The notes: generated by a model from the letters alone, not told the origin. DNA of 64,000 nt from Oxalobacteraceae bacterium UBA6018 (GCA_002428015.1 DIZW01000042.1:222-64221), one strand, 5' to 3'; positions 19,243 to 29,800 are shown, counted from the stretch's first letter. Made by a program: numbers and translations.

Positions 19243-20309
19243 GGTCGGCGTCCGTCGGAGGTGGCAAAAATAGGAGGCTGGGCGCCGCTCCAGGCGCCGA
19301 TGCGGTAACGTGTGCGCCAGGGCCGGCCGGCCTGCAATGCGATGCCGGTCCGGTCGGCCAGTGGATGACCGAGCGGTGGCCGTGCGACCTGGCCCAGATC
19401 GAATACGCTGTTGACCGGTTCCGCGCCGAGCGCGAGATGGCGGCCGTCCCATGGGAACTCGGGGCGGCCGCGATTGCTTAGCCAGAGCATCAGGTCGGGA
19501 AACTGGCGCGTGTCCCACCACAAGCCGACGCGTGCGTCATAGTCGAGGTAGTGCAGGCTGAACGGTGCGGCGCGGTCGTTCCCCACGGCCCGCACCTGCA
19601 ACAGCTCTTCGCTGTCGGCGCCCAGTGGCAGGTGGCTCAAGTCGATGGCGCCGTTGGCGCCAGCCATTGCATCGAGGCTTTCCGAGCGCGTGTCGGGCCG
19701 CAGGTGGCTGATCGCGCCGGCACTGCGGCTCGGGTAGGTAAAAATGCCTTCGTGCGAACCCAGTTCAAGCCGCACCCGCCCGTTCGGTTGCGGCAAACGG
19801 AAGGTCGGATGTAGCCCGGCCGGCAATCGCACACTTTGCCTGGACCAGATCACGAGGTCGATGTCCAGGGCGGGCGCATCGGCTACCGCCCGCACATGGC
19901 GCTCGATACGTGCGATGGGCGAGCCTGCGGGATACTCGATCGCCAGCGACACCCGGTCGCTGCTCTGATAGTCGCACTCCCAGCGATGGTTGGAACTGTA
20001 GCCATGGGCCCAGGCGTCGTCGAGTGCCAGCGGTTCCCAGCCGGGCGGCAGGTCCGGCGGCAGGTCGATGCGGCCGAACGGCACGCACGGCCATTCGCCG
20101 CGCATGCGGCGCAGGATGCCGGGAAGGGCGAGCGAGTCGGTGGTGCCGGACCACGGGGCGACATGCATCACTTGCAGTTCGCGTTCCGCGTCGAGCCGGA
20201 AATGCAGGGGGCCCAGCATGCCGCCCAGCGCCTGGACCTCCGCGCGCCCGCAGGACCATTCAAGGCGCCAGCCCAGTGGCGCCAGCGCCGGCGACTTAGC
20301 CGCGGACAT
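19239..20309 (-). CDS. Galactose-mutarotase (aldose 1-epimerase) superfamily protein
   Basis: GEWPCVPFG, WAHG, GLHPTFRLP and LGAEPVNS motifs; ATG 20309 (20318 possible). Confidence 0.65.
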   Translation of the reverse strand: MSAAKSPALAPLGWRLEWSCGRAEVQALGGMLGPLHFRLDAERELQVMHVAPWSGTTDSLALPGILRRMRGEWPCVPFGRIDLPPDLPPGWEPLALDDAWAHGYSSNHRWECDYQSSDRVSLAIEYPAGSPIARIERHVRAVADAPALDIDLVIWSRQSVRLPAGLHPTFRLPQPNGRVRLELGSHEGIFTYPSRSAGAISHLRPDTRSESLDAMAGANGAIDLSHLPLGADSEELLQVRAVGNDRAAPFSLHYLDYDARVGLWWDTRQFPDLMLWLSNRGRPEFPWDGRHLALGAEPVNSVFDLGQVARPPLGHPLADRTGIALQAGRPWRTRYRIGAWSGAQPPIFATSDGRRP

Positions 20310-20327
20310 CGTTCTCACCTTCGGCCA

Positions 20328-21092
20328 TCATCGCGCCAACCATCCGCCGTCGACGGGAAGCACGACGCCGTGCACGTAGTCGCTGGCCCGGCTGGCGAGG
20401 AACACGGCCGCCCCGGCAAGGTCCGTCGGGCGCCCCCAGCGGCCCGCCGGTATCCGGGCCAGGATCTGCGGCGCGCGCGCCTCATCGCTGCGCAAGGCCG
20501 CCGTGTTATTGGTCTCGAAATAGCCGGGAGCGATGGCATTGACGTTGATGCCGCGTTGCGCCCATTCGTTGGCCAAGGCGTGGGTGAGCCCGGCGACGGC
20601 GCTCTTGCTGGCGGCATAGGCGGGCACCCGGATCCCGCCCTGGAACGATAGCAGGGAGGCGATGTTGATGATCTTCCCCCCCGTCGCCAGCATGTGGCGC
20701 GCAGCCGCCTGCGACAAGAAGAACAGCGACTTCAGGTTGGTGTCGAGCACCTCGTCCCAATTGGCTTCGTCGACGTCGAACGCGTCGGCGCGCCGGATGA
20801 CGCCCGCGTTGTTGACCAGGATGTCGAGGCGTCCAAGGGTGGCCACCGTCTGGTCGGCCAGGTGGGACAGCGACGAGGACTGGGACAGGTCCGCCTCCAG
20901 GGCGAGGAAACGGCGGCCGAGGGCGCGCACGGCGGCCGCGGTGTCGCCCGGGTCGCTGCGCCCGGCCACGGCGATGTCGGCCCCGGCCTCGGCCAAGGCG
21001 ATCGCGATGGCCTGGCCGAGGCCCGTGTTCGCGCCGGTCACCAGCGCGACCCGGCCGCTGAGATCGAATAGTTCGCGCATCATGTCATTCAT
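20328..21092 (-). CDS. kduD: 2-dehydro-3-deoxy-D-gluconate 5-dehydrogenase
   Basis: [44 protein letters not shown]; ATGA overlap with the kduI stop. Confidence 0.92.
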   Translation of the reverse strand: MNDMMRELFDLSGRVALVTGANTGLGQAIAIALAEAGADIAVAGRSDPGDTAAAVRALGRRFLALEADLSQSSSLSHLADQTVATLGRLDILVNNAGVIRRADAFDVDEANWDEVLDTNLKSLFFLSQAAARHMLATGGKIINIASLLSFQGGIRVPAYAASKSAVAGLTHALANEWAQRGINVNAIAPGYFETNNTAALRSDEARAPQILARIPAGRWGRPTDLAGAAVFLASRASDYVHGVVLPVDGGWLAR

Positions 21093-21937
21093 TTCAGTTG
21101 GCAGATGTCGACGACCTGCATGTCCGTGTAGTCGAGGTTTTCGCCTCCCATGGCCCAGATGAACGCGTAGTTGGCGGTGCCCGACCCCATGTGGATGGAC
21201 CATGGCGGCGACAGCACCGCCTGTTCGTTTTCGATCACGAGGTGGCGCGCGCCGCCTGGCTCACCCATGAAATGAAAGACGCGTTGAGACTGGTCCAAGT
21301 CGAAATAGAAATACACCTCGGAGCGGCGGGTATGCACGTGCGGCGGCATGGTGTTCCAAACGCTGCCCGGCTTCAGTTCAGTCAGCCCGAGCAGCAGCTG
21401 GGCCGATTGGCACACGCCAGGGACGACGTATTGGTAGATGGTGCGGGCGTTTGACGTCTCCAGGCTGCCGCGCTCCAGCGGTACCGCGTCGGCGTGCGTG
21501 ATCTTCTTCAATTCGAAACGTGCGTGGGCCGGGGTGGACGCGAGGTAGAACCGGGCCGGATTTGCGGCGTCGTCCGAGCTGAACTCGACCGATTGGCTCC
21601 CCATCGGCACGTACAGGCCGTCGCGCGGCGCCAGCGTCGTTGTCGTGCCGTCCACCGTCACCCGTCCCACGCCCCGTCCCACGTTGATCACGCCAAGTTC
21701 GCGGCGGGCGAGGAAGGGGAGGACGCCGTCGCCGGGCGTGGCCGCTTGCGCGGGCAGGGAGAGCGGCGTCGCGGTCGGGACCGCCCCGCCGATGACGAAG
21801 CGCTCATCGTGGCAGTAGTTCAGCGTGATCCGGTTCGGGACGATGAGCTCGTCGATCAGGTAGCGGCGGCGCAGGTCGTCGTTGCTGGCCTGGGCCATCA
21901 TGTCGGGATGGGTCGCAAAAAGGGTTTTGTCGTACAT
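21089..21937 (-). CDS. kduI: 5-dehydro-4-deoxy-D-glucuronate isomerase
   Basis: [55 protein letters not shown]. Confidence 0.95.
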   Translation of the reverse strand: MYDKTLFATHPDMMAQASNDDLRRRYLIDELIVPNRITLNYCHDERFVIGGAVPTATPLSLPAQAATPGDGVLPFLARRELGVINVGRGVGRVTVDGTTTTLAPRDGLYVPMGSQSVEFSSDDAANPARFYLASTPAHARFELKKITHADAVPLERGSLETSNARTIYQYVVPGVCQSAQLLLGLTELKPGSVWNTMPPHVHTRRSEVYFYFDLDQSQRVFHFMGEPGGARHLVIENEQAVLSPPWSIHMGSGTANYAFIWAMGGENLDYTDMQVVDICQLK

Positions 21938-21976
21938 GGCGTGTCTCCGGAGGGCGCGCCAGGCTTGGTCTGGCGC

Positions 21977-22019
21977 TGTTATCGATCACATTATAGTGGA
22001 TGTCTGCGCAGAAAGTAAA
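21977..22019 (-). promoter_or_regulatory. kduI promoter (TTTACT-N18-TATAAT) with operator TGTTATCGATCACA (21977-21990) just downstream of the -10
   Basis: Perfect TATAAT on the minus strand at 21990-21995; operator has one mismatch to the consensus. Confidence 0.75.
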
Positions 22020-22065
22020 GGCTTAGCCCTATTCCGGTCGGACCAATTTCTGTTGGAAACTGGCC

Positions 22066-22095
22066 TTGACTTTTCTGTTATCGATAACCTATCAT
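22066..22095 (+). promoter_or_regulatory. dgoK promoter (TTGACT-N18-TATCAT) with operator TGTTATCGATAACC (22076-22089) in the spacer
   Basis: -35 at 22066-22071, -10 at 22090-22095. Confidence 0.75.
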
Positions 22096-22142
22096 GCTAT
22101 GTGGTAACCACGCTCAACGACAACAATATCGGGATCCTCAAG

Positions 22143-23078
22143 ATGCAGCAGACAGCCGTGTCGTCCAATCCGTCCGCGGTCCCTGCCCGCGCGAGCTCGG
22201 TCGGCATCGACTGGGGGGCAAGCTGCCGGCGCGTGTACGTGTTCGGGACCGACGGTGCGCGTCTCGCCCTGCACGAAGATCGCGAAGGAACCCTCGCCGC
22301 CCGCGGCAGCATCGCGGTGTCGCTTGACGCGCTGGTTGGCCGGCTGGGAATCGACTGGAGAGTCCCGGTCATTGTCTCGGGTATCGCGGGCTATGGGCAC
22401 AGGGCGCAGCTGGTTCCTTGCCTCGACCTGGAAGTGCCGTTGACCTTGCTCGCTCGGCAGTTGGTGCAATTGGGAGCGCGTCGGATCGCGGTGCCCGGCT
22501 ATGTGCAGGTGACGCCGCACGCCGACGTGATGCGCGGACAGAGCACCCATCTTCTTGGACTTGTCGTCGGCGGGGGCGGAGACGGCTGGGCGGTACTGCC
22601 GGGCACCTACAGCAAGTGGGTCTACCTGCGACGAGGACGCGTGGTCCATTGGCGAACCTTCGTCACCGGTGAGCTTTTCGATTCGCAGCGTCACTTGGGC
22701 ACTGTGGCCCCGCTGCTGGAATCACAATGGTCGGATGATCCGGCAGGGTTCGATCTCGGACTGGAACTTGCCCGCAGCGGCATGTCTCTGAGCCAGGCGC
22801 TGTATTCCATGCGCGCCGCGATCGCCAATGGCGCCGTGGCGGCCGGGTTGGCGGCTCCCATGTTGAGTGGCTTGCTGATCGGCGCCGAGTTCCAGGCGAT
22901 CTGTCAGGCGGGCGTGCGCGACCGAAGCCTGCAACTGATCGCGCATGCCCCGCAGCGTGCGCTCTACGAGCGTGCCGCCGCAGCTTTTGGTTGGGAGACC
23001 GAGGCGCTTGACGCCCACGGCGTGTTCGGCGCCGCGGTGCGCCATTTGGCCCAGTCGGCCGAGGTCTGGACGAGGTAG
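22143..23078 (+). CDS. dgoK: 2-dehydro-3-deoxygalactonokinase family protein
   Basis: GIDWGASC, DVMRGQ (E/Q variant), LPGTYSKWV, TFVTGELF, LSGLLIGAE; start trimmed to ATG 22143. Confidence 0.8.
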   Translation: MQQTAVSSNPSAVPARASSVGIDWGASCRRVYVFGTDGARLALHEDREGTLAARGSIAVSLDALVGRLGIDWRVPVIVSGIAGYGHRAQLVPCLDLEVPLTLLARQLVQLGARRIAVPGYVQVTPHADVMRGQSTHLLGLVVGGGGDGWAVLPGTYSKWVYLRRGRVVHWRTFVTGELFDSQRHLGTVAPLLESQWSDDPAGFDLGLELARSGMSLSQALYSMRAAIANGAVAAGLAAPMLSGLLIGAEFQAICQAGVRDRSLQLIAHAPQRALYERAAAAFGWETEALDAHGVFGAAVRHLAQSAEVWTR

Positions 23079-23264
23079 TTGTGCCCTCGATGACACCAAA
23101 ACCAAGGAGACAAGCCGGAACGCGAACCCGCATCGCGACGACGTTGTCGACACCATGCGCCTGAAAGTCGGTGCCAGCTCGGTATACGGCTCGGAGGAAC
23201 GAACTTGCGTATGCGGGGCCGCTGAACTGGCGGCGTGATCGATCAGGCCGCGCGTGGACGGGGC

Positions 23265-26200
23265 TTACAGTCCCGTGTCCAGCGTGAGCCCCATCAGCCC
23301 GATCACGACGTCATTGGCGAGCGCGCGCACGGTCAGGCTCTTCAACTGGCGGGACGGGTCGAGCGCTACCTCGACCACGGTCGCGGCGCCGCCCTCGACC
23401 GCGCGTCCCGCGCCCTTGAACGTGGCCGGATCGAGCACACGCACGCGCGCCGTCTTCAGGTCCACCCGCACCGGCAGGCGGCCGCACAGGGGAAACTGGT
23501 AGTCGTCGACGAAGTAGTCTTGCTCGATCGGCCACCAGTTTTCCGGGTTGCGCAGCGCCGTGCGCGCCTGGCTGCCGTCGGCGTACGTGATCACGATTTC
23601 GCCGTTGTCGATCCGGCTCTGCATGAAGTTGGTGGAGCCGGCCATCAGCAGGAAGGCGCGGCGCGCCTGGCCGTGCAGCGCAACGGTCGCGGCGCGTGGA
23701 TAGTTATCCCATTGTGAAGTGAAGACGACGTTGTCGCCCGCGCCAGCCGGGATGGCGAAGCGCAAGCCGTTCGGCAGGGCCAGCGTGCCGCCCAGCGCGC
23801 GCAGGCCGCCATCGTCGATGGTGGGCAGGGTGTTCAGGTGGCCGGCCCAGGCGCCGATGCCTTGCGCCGGCAGAGCCAGCGTGACGTAAGGCGCGCGCGG
23901 TGCCTGGTACTTTCCTTCCTCGAAAATGGCGCTCACACGGTCGTTGAACCAGGGCGCAAGGTCGACCGGCGCGGCGCCGATGGGGGCGCCGCCGGTCCAG
24001 TCCGGGCCGAGCAGCGCGCAGCCGCCGGCGTCGCCGTCGGCCGCCTCCGCCGGGCCTTGCCACCAGCTGAAGTCGCCCTGGCGCACTTGCCTGAAACCGT
24101 CGCGCGTGGCGCCGGTGGCGCCGCCACCGGACCGGGCGTCGGGCTCGGCGCCGCCCCATGCGACGTCAATCCTGGCCGGATGGGCGAACGGCACGTCGAT
24201 GCGCAGCCTGGGCGCGCCCACGGCGTCGGGCTCGGCTTGCCAGGCCACCGGCCGGCCGTCGAACCGCACCTGCGCCACCTTGGCGCCGCGGGCCGGCAGC
24301 ACCAGGACCAGGCGTTTGAAGCGCGCGCCGCTCTGGCTGACGGTCCAGCTGTCTTGCCTGCCGGTGCGGCGGTAGGACAGGACCAGGTCCGGATGCGTGA
24401 GCGTGGCGTGGTCCCATGCCGCCGGCAAGCCTGGGCGCAGCGTCAGCACGCCGGCCAGGGCGTCCGGCCGCACGCCGAACAGGCCTTCGACGATGGCGCG
24501 CGACATCACGCCGATGCCGTCGGCGAAATCGCGCTGCGCTTCGCGCCGGTAGACGTCGAGGTAGTTCAGCGTGCCGATGTTTCCTGGGCTGACGCCCATG
24601 TAGAGGCTGGCCAGCATGGCGCCTTTGGCGATGTCGTACGCGGTCTCGGCGCGGCCCGCCTGCCAGTACGCCAGGGCCGTGTGCAGGTTCTCGTCCAACA
24701 CGACGTTGTTGATCGACCAGGAGTAGGGCATCCAATCGGTTTCAGCGAGCAGGTGGTAGGGGCGGTCGGCGGGAACGCCGGGGCCGGTCACGGGGATGGC
24801 GCGCAGGTGGCGGTCAAGATCGGCGGCCATGCGCGCCGCCTCGAACGCGGTCGGCACCCGCGAATCGATGGTGTGATAGAAGGTCCACAGGCCGTAGCTC
24901 GGGTGCAGCGGCGCGCCTCCCAGCAGGTCGCGGTATTCGGCGAACGCGCCGCGCTCCGGCATCCATAGCTGTTGGCGCATGGCGCGCCCGATCGCGTCGG
25001 CTTCGCGCTGGTAAGGTGCGGGATCCTTGCCGATCAGGCGGGCGATCCGCGCCGCCATCGTGTTGTGCCAGGCGTTATAGGCCGACGCGTGGGTCACGCC
25101 GCCGCCGTCGTAATACAGGTCGTCGCTGGCCCAGATGGCGGCGTAGGCGTCATACAGCGGCAGCCGATCCGGGCCGAAGGGGCGCCGGAACAGCCTGCGT
25201 TCCCAGGCCAGGTGGCGCTCGAGCACGGGCCAGACCTCGCGCGCGTAGGCGACATCGCCCGTCCACAGCAGGTGGCGCAGCAGGGCGTCGATGAACACGA
25301 GGTTCATGTCATAGTGCGAGCCGCTCATGGCGCCGTTCGAATGCAAACCTGGTTCGTTGCGCGCGAGCTTGGCCTTGGGGTCGGCGCCCGGCGGTCGCGA
25401 CGGGATCGGGGAGCTGTCCTGGCGCGGCGTCCACACGCCGAAATTGGCGCGCGCGCGATCGTGCCACCCCAGCGCATCGAGCGCGTACGGGCCGCGCCAG
25501 CCGAGCAGCTTCATGCGCCAGGCGATCGCGCCGTGCATGATGGCGTGCTGCTCCTCGTCCCAGACGGCGTCGGCGGCCACGTTGAGCGCCCCCATGGCCG
25601 CGTTCAGCCAGGGATCGGGCGTGTCCACGCGCACCCGGTCGCGCAGCAGGGCGAAATGGGCGCGGGCCTCGGCGAAACGGCGCGCCAGGTCGGCGCCGGC
25701 TAGGCGGGCGAGCAAGGCTGGGCCGGCGTGCGGCGAGCCAGGCGTCGTCTTCGGCGGCGCCAGCGCCGTGACCTGGAGCGCGAGATCGATCGTCTGCTCG
25801 CCCAGCGGCACGGTACCGACCATCACCGCCGGGCCGGGGCCAGCGGCCGAGGACAGCAAGGCCGCCGGGTCGTCCCACAAGCGGGCGTCGGCCAGGCGCA
25901 GTTGCGCGGCGCCGCCGACGGTCGCGCTGACGGTCGCGTGCCGGCCGGCCGCCACGAAGCCGTGTTCGTCCAGCTCATAGCGCGTGTCGCGCGCGAAGTC
26001 GGGCTTGAACTGGAAGAACTGGCTGATCGGCACGCGCTCGCTGCCGATGTCGCCGCCGCGCTGCCCCTTCTGGCCATTGCCCGGGCCGAAGGCGAACACC
26101 AGTTCGGCGCCCGCGGGCAGGTGCTCGCCGCGCACCTGGACGCCCAGGCCTTCGGTGGCGGCATAGGCCACAGCGGCCAGGTGGAGGCGTCCCTGCGGCC

Positions 26201-26588
26201 CCAGCAGCGGGTCGGCGATCTCGTACAGCAGTTCGCCCGGCCGGTAACGCATGGAGATGTTGGCGGCCGCGTGCAGCCAGGTCGTGCCGGCCGCGGTGCG
26301 CAGGCCCAGCCGCAGGTTGCCGCCGCGTCCGGGCAGGTACAGCGAGAACTCCGGCCGGTCGCCGCCGTCGACCCGGAACGCGTCATTGCCGCCGTACAGC
26401 GAGCGGTTGAAAAACTCGGTCCCGTTCTCGATGACGAAATCTTCGCCTTCCGGGTGATAACGCAAGGGCTGGGCCAGTTGGCCGCGCAGGTTAGGATGCA
26501 GCGCGGCGTTACGGGTTTCGGGCGAATCGTCCGCGTGGGCCAGACCCAGGCAGAGGGTGATCGAGATGAGGGGAAAGAGTTTTTTCAA
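23265..26588 (-). CDS. Large secreted putative glycoside hydrolase (DUF4450-like N-terminus, six-hairpin-type middle, C-terminal beta-sandwich)
   Basis: TTG start and signal peptide. LRYHPEGEDFVIENG..FNRSLYG..GDRPEF recalled as DUF4450-like; AIWASD, HYDMNLVFID, DFADGIG in the catalytic-looking region. Family assignment is from memory, not a search. Confidence 0.65.
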   Translation of the reverse strand: MKKLFPLISITLCLGLAHADDSPETRNAALHPNLRGQLAQPLRYHPEGEDFVIENGTEFFNRSLYGGNDAFRVDGGDRPEFSLYLPGRGGNLRLGLRTAAGTTWLHAAANISMRYRPGELLYEIADPLLGPQGRLHLAAVAYAATEGLGVQVRGEHLPAGAELVFAFGPGNGQKGQRGGDIGSERVPISQFFQFKPDFARDTRYELDEHGFVAAGRHATVSATVGGAAQLRLADARLWDDPAALLSSAAGPGPAVMVGTVPLGEQTIDLALQVTALAPPKTTPGSPHAGPALLARLAGADLARRFAEARAHFALLRDRVRVDTPDPWLNAAMGALNVAADAVWDEEQHAIMHGAIAWRMKLLGWRGPYALDALGWHDRARANFGVWTPRQDSSPIPSRPPGADPKAKLARNEPGLHSNGAMSGSHYDMNLVFIDALLRHLLWTGDVAYAREVWPVLERHLAWERRLFRRPFGPDRLPLYDAYAAIWASDDLYYDGGGVTHASAYNAWHNTMAARIARLIGKDPAPYQREADAIGRAMRQQLWMPERGAFAEYRDLLGGAPLHPSYGLWTFYHTIDSRVPTAFEAARMAADLDRHLRAIPVTGPGVPADRPYHLLAETDWMPYSWSINNVVLDENLHTALAYWQAGRAETAYDIAKGAMLASLYMGVSPGNIGTLNYLDVYRREAQRDFADGIGVMSRAIVEGLFGVRPDALAGVLTLRPGLPAAWDHATLTHPDLVLSYRRTGRQDSWTVSQSGARFKRLVLVLPARGAKVAQVRFDGRPVAWQAEPDAVGAPRLRIDVPFAHPARIDVAWGGAEPDARSGGGATGATRDGFRQVRQGDFSWWQGPAEAADGDAGGCALLGPDWTGGAPIGAAPVDLAPWFNDRVSAIFEEGKYQAPRAPYVTLALPAQGIGAWAGHLNTLPTIDDGGLRALGGTLALPNGLRFAIPAGAGDNVVFTSQWDNYPRAATVALHGQARRAFLLMAGSTNFMQSRIDNGEIVITYADGSQARTALRNPENWWPIEQDYFVDDYQFPLCGRLPVRVDLKTARVRVLDPATFKGAGRAVEGGAATVVEVALDPSRQLKSLTVRALANDVVIGLMGLTLDTGL

Positions 26589-26627
26589 GCTGCACCTGGA
26601 CTAGACGATTCGACGAAGCCGCAAATC

Positions 26628-26664
26628 AAAAAAAACTGTGTGCGCGCACTTGTCGCGAACACAG
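26628..26664 (-). terminator. Rho-independent terminator between the TonB receptor and the 26588 gene
   Basis: Minus strand CTGTGT-T-CGCG..CGCG-C-ACACAG followed by T8. Confidence 0.7.
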
Positions 26665-26713
26665 CCCAAAGGAGATCGGTTCAGCGCCGCCGCCGGCGCG
26701 GTGGCGGTCCAGG

Positions 26714-26810
26714 CCACGCCCGCTGCCACCTGCGCCGTCCGTGCGCCTGGCAAGCCAGACCACACCCGCCGCCTGCGCCAGCCGTGTGCCTGGCTTGCCG
26801 GCGGGCGTGG
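26714..26810. repeat. Nested inverted repeat (REP-like, possible mRNA-stabilising hairpin) directly after the TonB receptor stop
   Basis: CCACGCCCGC (26714-23)/GCGGGCGTGG (26801-10), GGCAAGCCAG (26749-58)/CTGGCTTGCC (26790-99), CACAC/GTGTG. Confidence 0.6.
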
Positions 26811-26818
26811 GCCGCCGC

Positions 26819-29800
26819 TTAGAGGGTACGGAAGTTCACGCCGACCATGATGCGCCTTCCCGCATACGCGTAGTCGAGCAGGTTCGGGGTGCCATCGGAG
26901 AACGGCGTGAACTGGCGCTGGCTGTGCGAGGTGGTCACGTTGCCCAGGTTGCGCCCTTCGATGAAGACTTCGATCTGCGGCGTCCACTTGTAGGAGACCT
27001 TGCCGTCGATGAAGCGGGTGGCGTCCGTGAAGTTGGGCGAGCCGGGGTTGTACGGCATGCCGGTACGGCCGCCGCCGACGTTCGGGTAGTTCAGCATGCT
27101 CGTCGACTTGCCGCAGGCGGCGATGCAGTTGAAGTAGGAGTCGACGGCCTGCACGGCGATCCGTGCCGACAGCCGGCCGTCGTCGTACCACAAGGCCAGG
27201 TTGTACGTGTAGTTGGACTCGTTTTGCGGCGGCAAGGGCGTGCCCGTCAGCAGGTCGACGATATTCACCGTCGTCGTGGCCGAGTGCATCTTCGTGTAGT
27301 TGGCGTCGAAGCCGGTATAGCGCAGCAGCCAGGGCAGGAAGGTGAACGCGGTCTTGGTGCTGAACTCGAGGCCCTTGCGGCCCGTCGTGGCGCCGTTCAT
27401 CCAGGTCGAATAGTCGAACAGCGCCTGGCCCAGGGACACGCCGGTCGCGGGATCGACCAGGTTCGTGTTGGCGAACAAAGGCGAACGCGACACGCCTTCC
27501 GCGATCGCGGGGCCGATCTTGCCCTGCTGCCTGAAGGCGGCGATCGATACCATCGTATCCTTGTTCGGATAGTACTCGAGCGACAGGTTTTGGTTGACGT
27601 TCTTTTGCGCCTTCAAGGCCGGGTTACCCACGGTGCCAGAGCATTTTTGCGGGTCGTCCCCCTGGCCGGCGAGGACCTCGTTATACGTGCACGAACCGGA
27701 CGCCAGCAGGCGCGACACGGGAGGGCGGGCGACGGTCTTGGCCACGCTGTAGCGCAGCACCAGCTGGTCCGGCAGCACCCAGGTGGCCAGGTTCAAGCTG
27801 GGCAGGATGTCCGTCGTCTTGGCATCGGTCTGGGTGCTTTGCTGTACCGTGGTGGTCGCCGTGCCGCCGGGCGCGTCCGGGATGTCGGGATTGAAGTTCG
27901 CCGTCTTGGTGATGGAGGTGAAGCTCATCATGCCGGTCCCGTGGACCCGGGTGCGCACGTAGCGCACGCCCACGTTGCCTTCCACATCCCAGCCGAAGGG
28001 CAGGGCGCGGTCCGTGAACGGGATGTGGTCCAGGCCGAAGTCGCCCATCAGGTAGAACGCGTCCGAGCGTTCCTTGAGGTGCTGGGCCGGCTGGTCGTAG
28101 ACCTTGCCGTCGTTGGCGGTGCACTGCTTGACGCAATTGAAGTCGGTGTTGGGAATATTCACCAGGCCGAACAGCTTCTCGACGTCGATCTGGGTCCAGT
28201 TGTCGATCAGGCCGGATGGACGGCCTTTGGCGCCGTAGAAGAATTGCGTCGGTGTGGCCTTCAGGGTCATGGTCTGCTTCAGGAGGGAAGCGAACTGATC
28301 CATCGTCAAGACGGTGGCGCCATCCATCGCCTTGCGGATATCGCCTTTCGGAATCCAGCCGTACACGCATGCGTTGCCTCCGGCCGCCAGCGAGCCGGGC
28401 GTATCGGCGCAGCCGTACATGGTGCTGCGCAGGGTCGGCGAGGGCATCACGAGCGGCGCGACGTAGCCGGCCGTCCCGAACGTGCCGACCGGATTGCGCA
28501 GGACGTAGCCGCCGTTGTTGACGTTCCAGTTGTCATTGCGCGTGTCGCGCAGGTTGTAGCCGGTCTTGAAGCGCTTGAAGAACGGGACCGAATCGGGCGT
28601 CGCCCAGGTGACGTCGATTTTTGCGGTGCGCTCCTCGTTGAAGAACATCGTCGGGACCCAGGTCAGGTTCGGCGAGGACGTGACCGCGTTCTGCTGGGCG
28701 GCCGTGTAGGCGGGGGCGCGGGTGCTGGTGTAGGTGGTCGGGACCACGGCCGCGCTCGCGCCGACCGGGTAGAGCTTGGCGAAGCGGGACAGGTCGGAAT
28801 TGTCGGTCGGGTTAAAGCCCGGGAACGTGTAGCCCCACAGGCCGTTGGGCAACACCTGCAGCGTGCCGGAGCCGTAATAGTCGTTCAGCGTCAGGTCCTT
28901 GACACCCTTCTTGAAATTGGACCGTGCGTCACCGATGAAGAACTCCGAGGTCAGCCCGCCGCGCCTGAAGGCGCCGCCCAGTTGCAGGTAGCGCGCGGTG
29001 GTCACGCCGATGCCATGGCTCTGGCCGGTCTTGGCCACGCCATTGCTGTTGGTATTGTCGAAGGTGTATTTCAGCAGGTGGTGATCGGCGTCGACGACGG
29101 CGGAGCCCGGCTCTACGTTGGCCACGCCGTTCTTCACGCTGAAGTTGCCCATCGAGAAGGACAACGAGTTGATGTCATCATGGCGCTTGTTGTAGCTGCC
29201 CTTGGCGTACACGGTGAGCTCGTCGTTCACCTTGAAGTCGGCGCGCAGGTCGAGGTTCTGGCGGCGGTCGATCTCGCGCCTGACGACGTAGCGCGGGCCC
29301 GACGGGGTGTAGTCATTCCACTGGTTCAGGCAGGTGCTCAGTTCATTGCTGCGCTGGCTCTGCGCGGCGCTGCGCGATGACGCCGAGATCGCATTGAGCT
29401 GGGCCGCGGCCAGGGCGGGAAAGGCCGCCTGGCAGTCGGCCTTGCTCTGGGCGGCGGCCGACCTGGTGATCAGATCGAACGGCGTGGCCGAGTTGAAGGA
29501 GCCGCCGCCGACCAGCGGCGACTGCAGGATCGGCGTGGCGGTCGACGCGTCGGCCCGGTTGACCGTGCCCGGCTGGAAGCTGAAGGTCTTCTGCGGCGAG
29601 TTGTCGAAGTCGAACAGGCGGTAATAGCCCTGGTTGCCGCCGCCGGCCACCTCGGCCAGGTGGCCTTCGTTGTCCAACGTGGTGGTGGAGGCGTTGAGCA
29701 GCAGGCCCAGGCGCCCGTTCATGAACTTGTTCGCCAGGATCAGGTTGGCGTCCGGCTCCCACTTCTTGTTCAGGCTGCCCTGGCTGGCGGCCATGCGCAG

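Noticed and set aside
23104-23111. Strong SD-like AAGGAGAC after dgoK
   Set aside because: No start codon at a usable spacing.
26741-29380. 879-aa plus-strand ORF, and similar long ORFs at 34648-36762, 47996-50032, 52548-54932 and 54920-56668
   Set aside because: Antisense shadows of real genes, expected from high GC3; no recognisable motifs.
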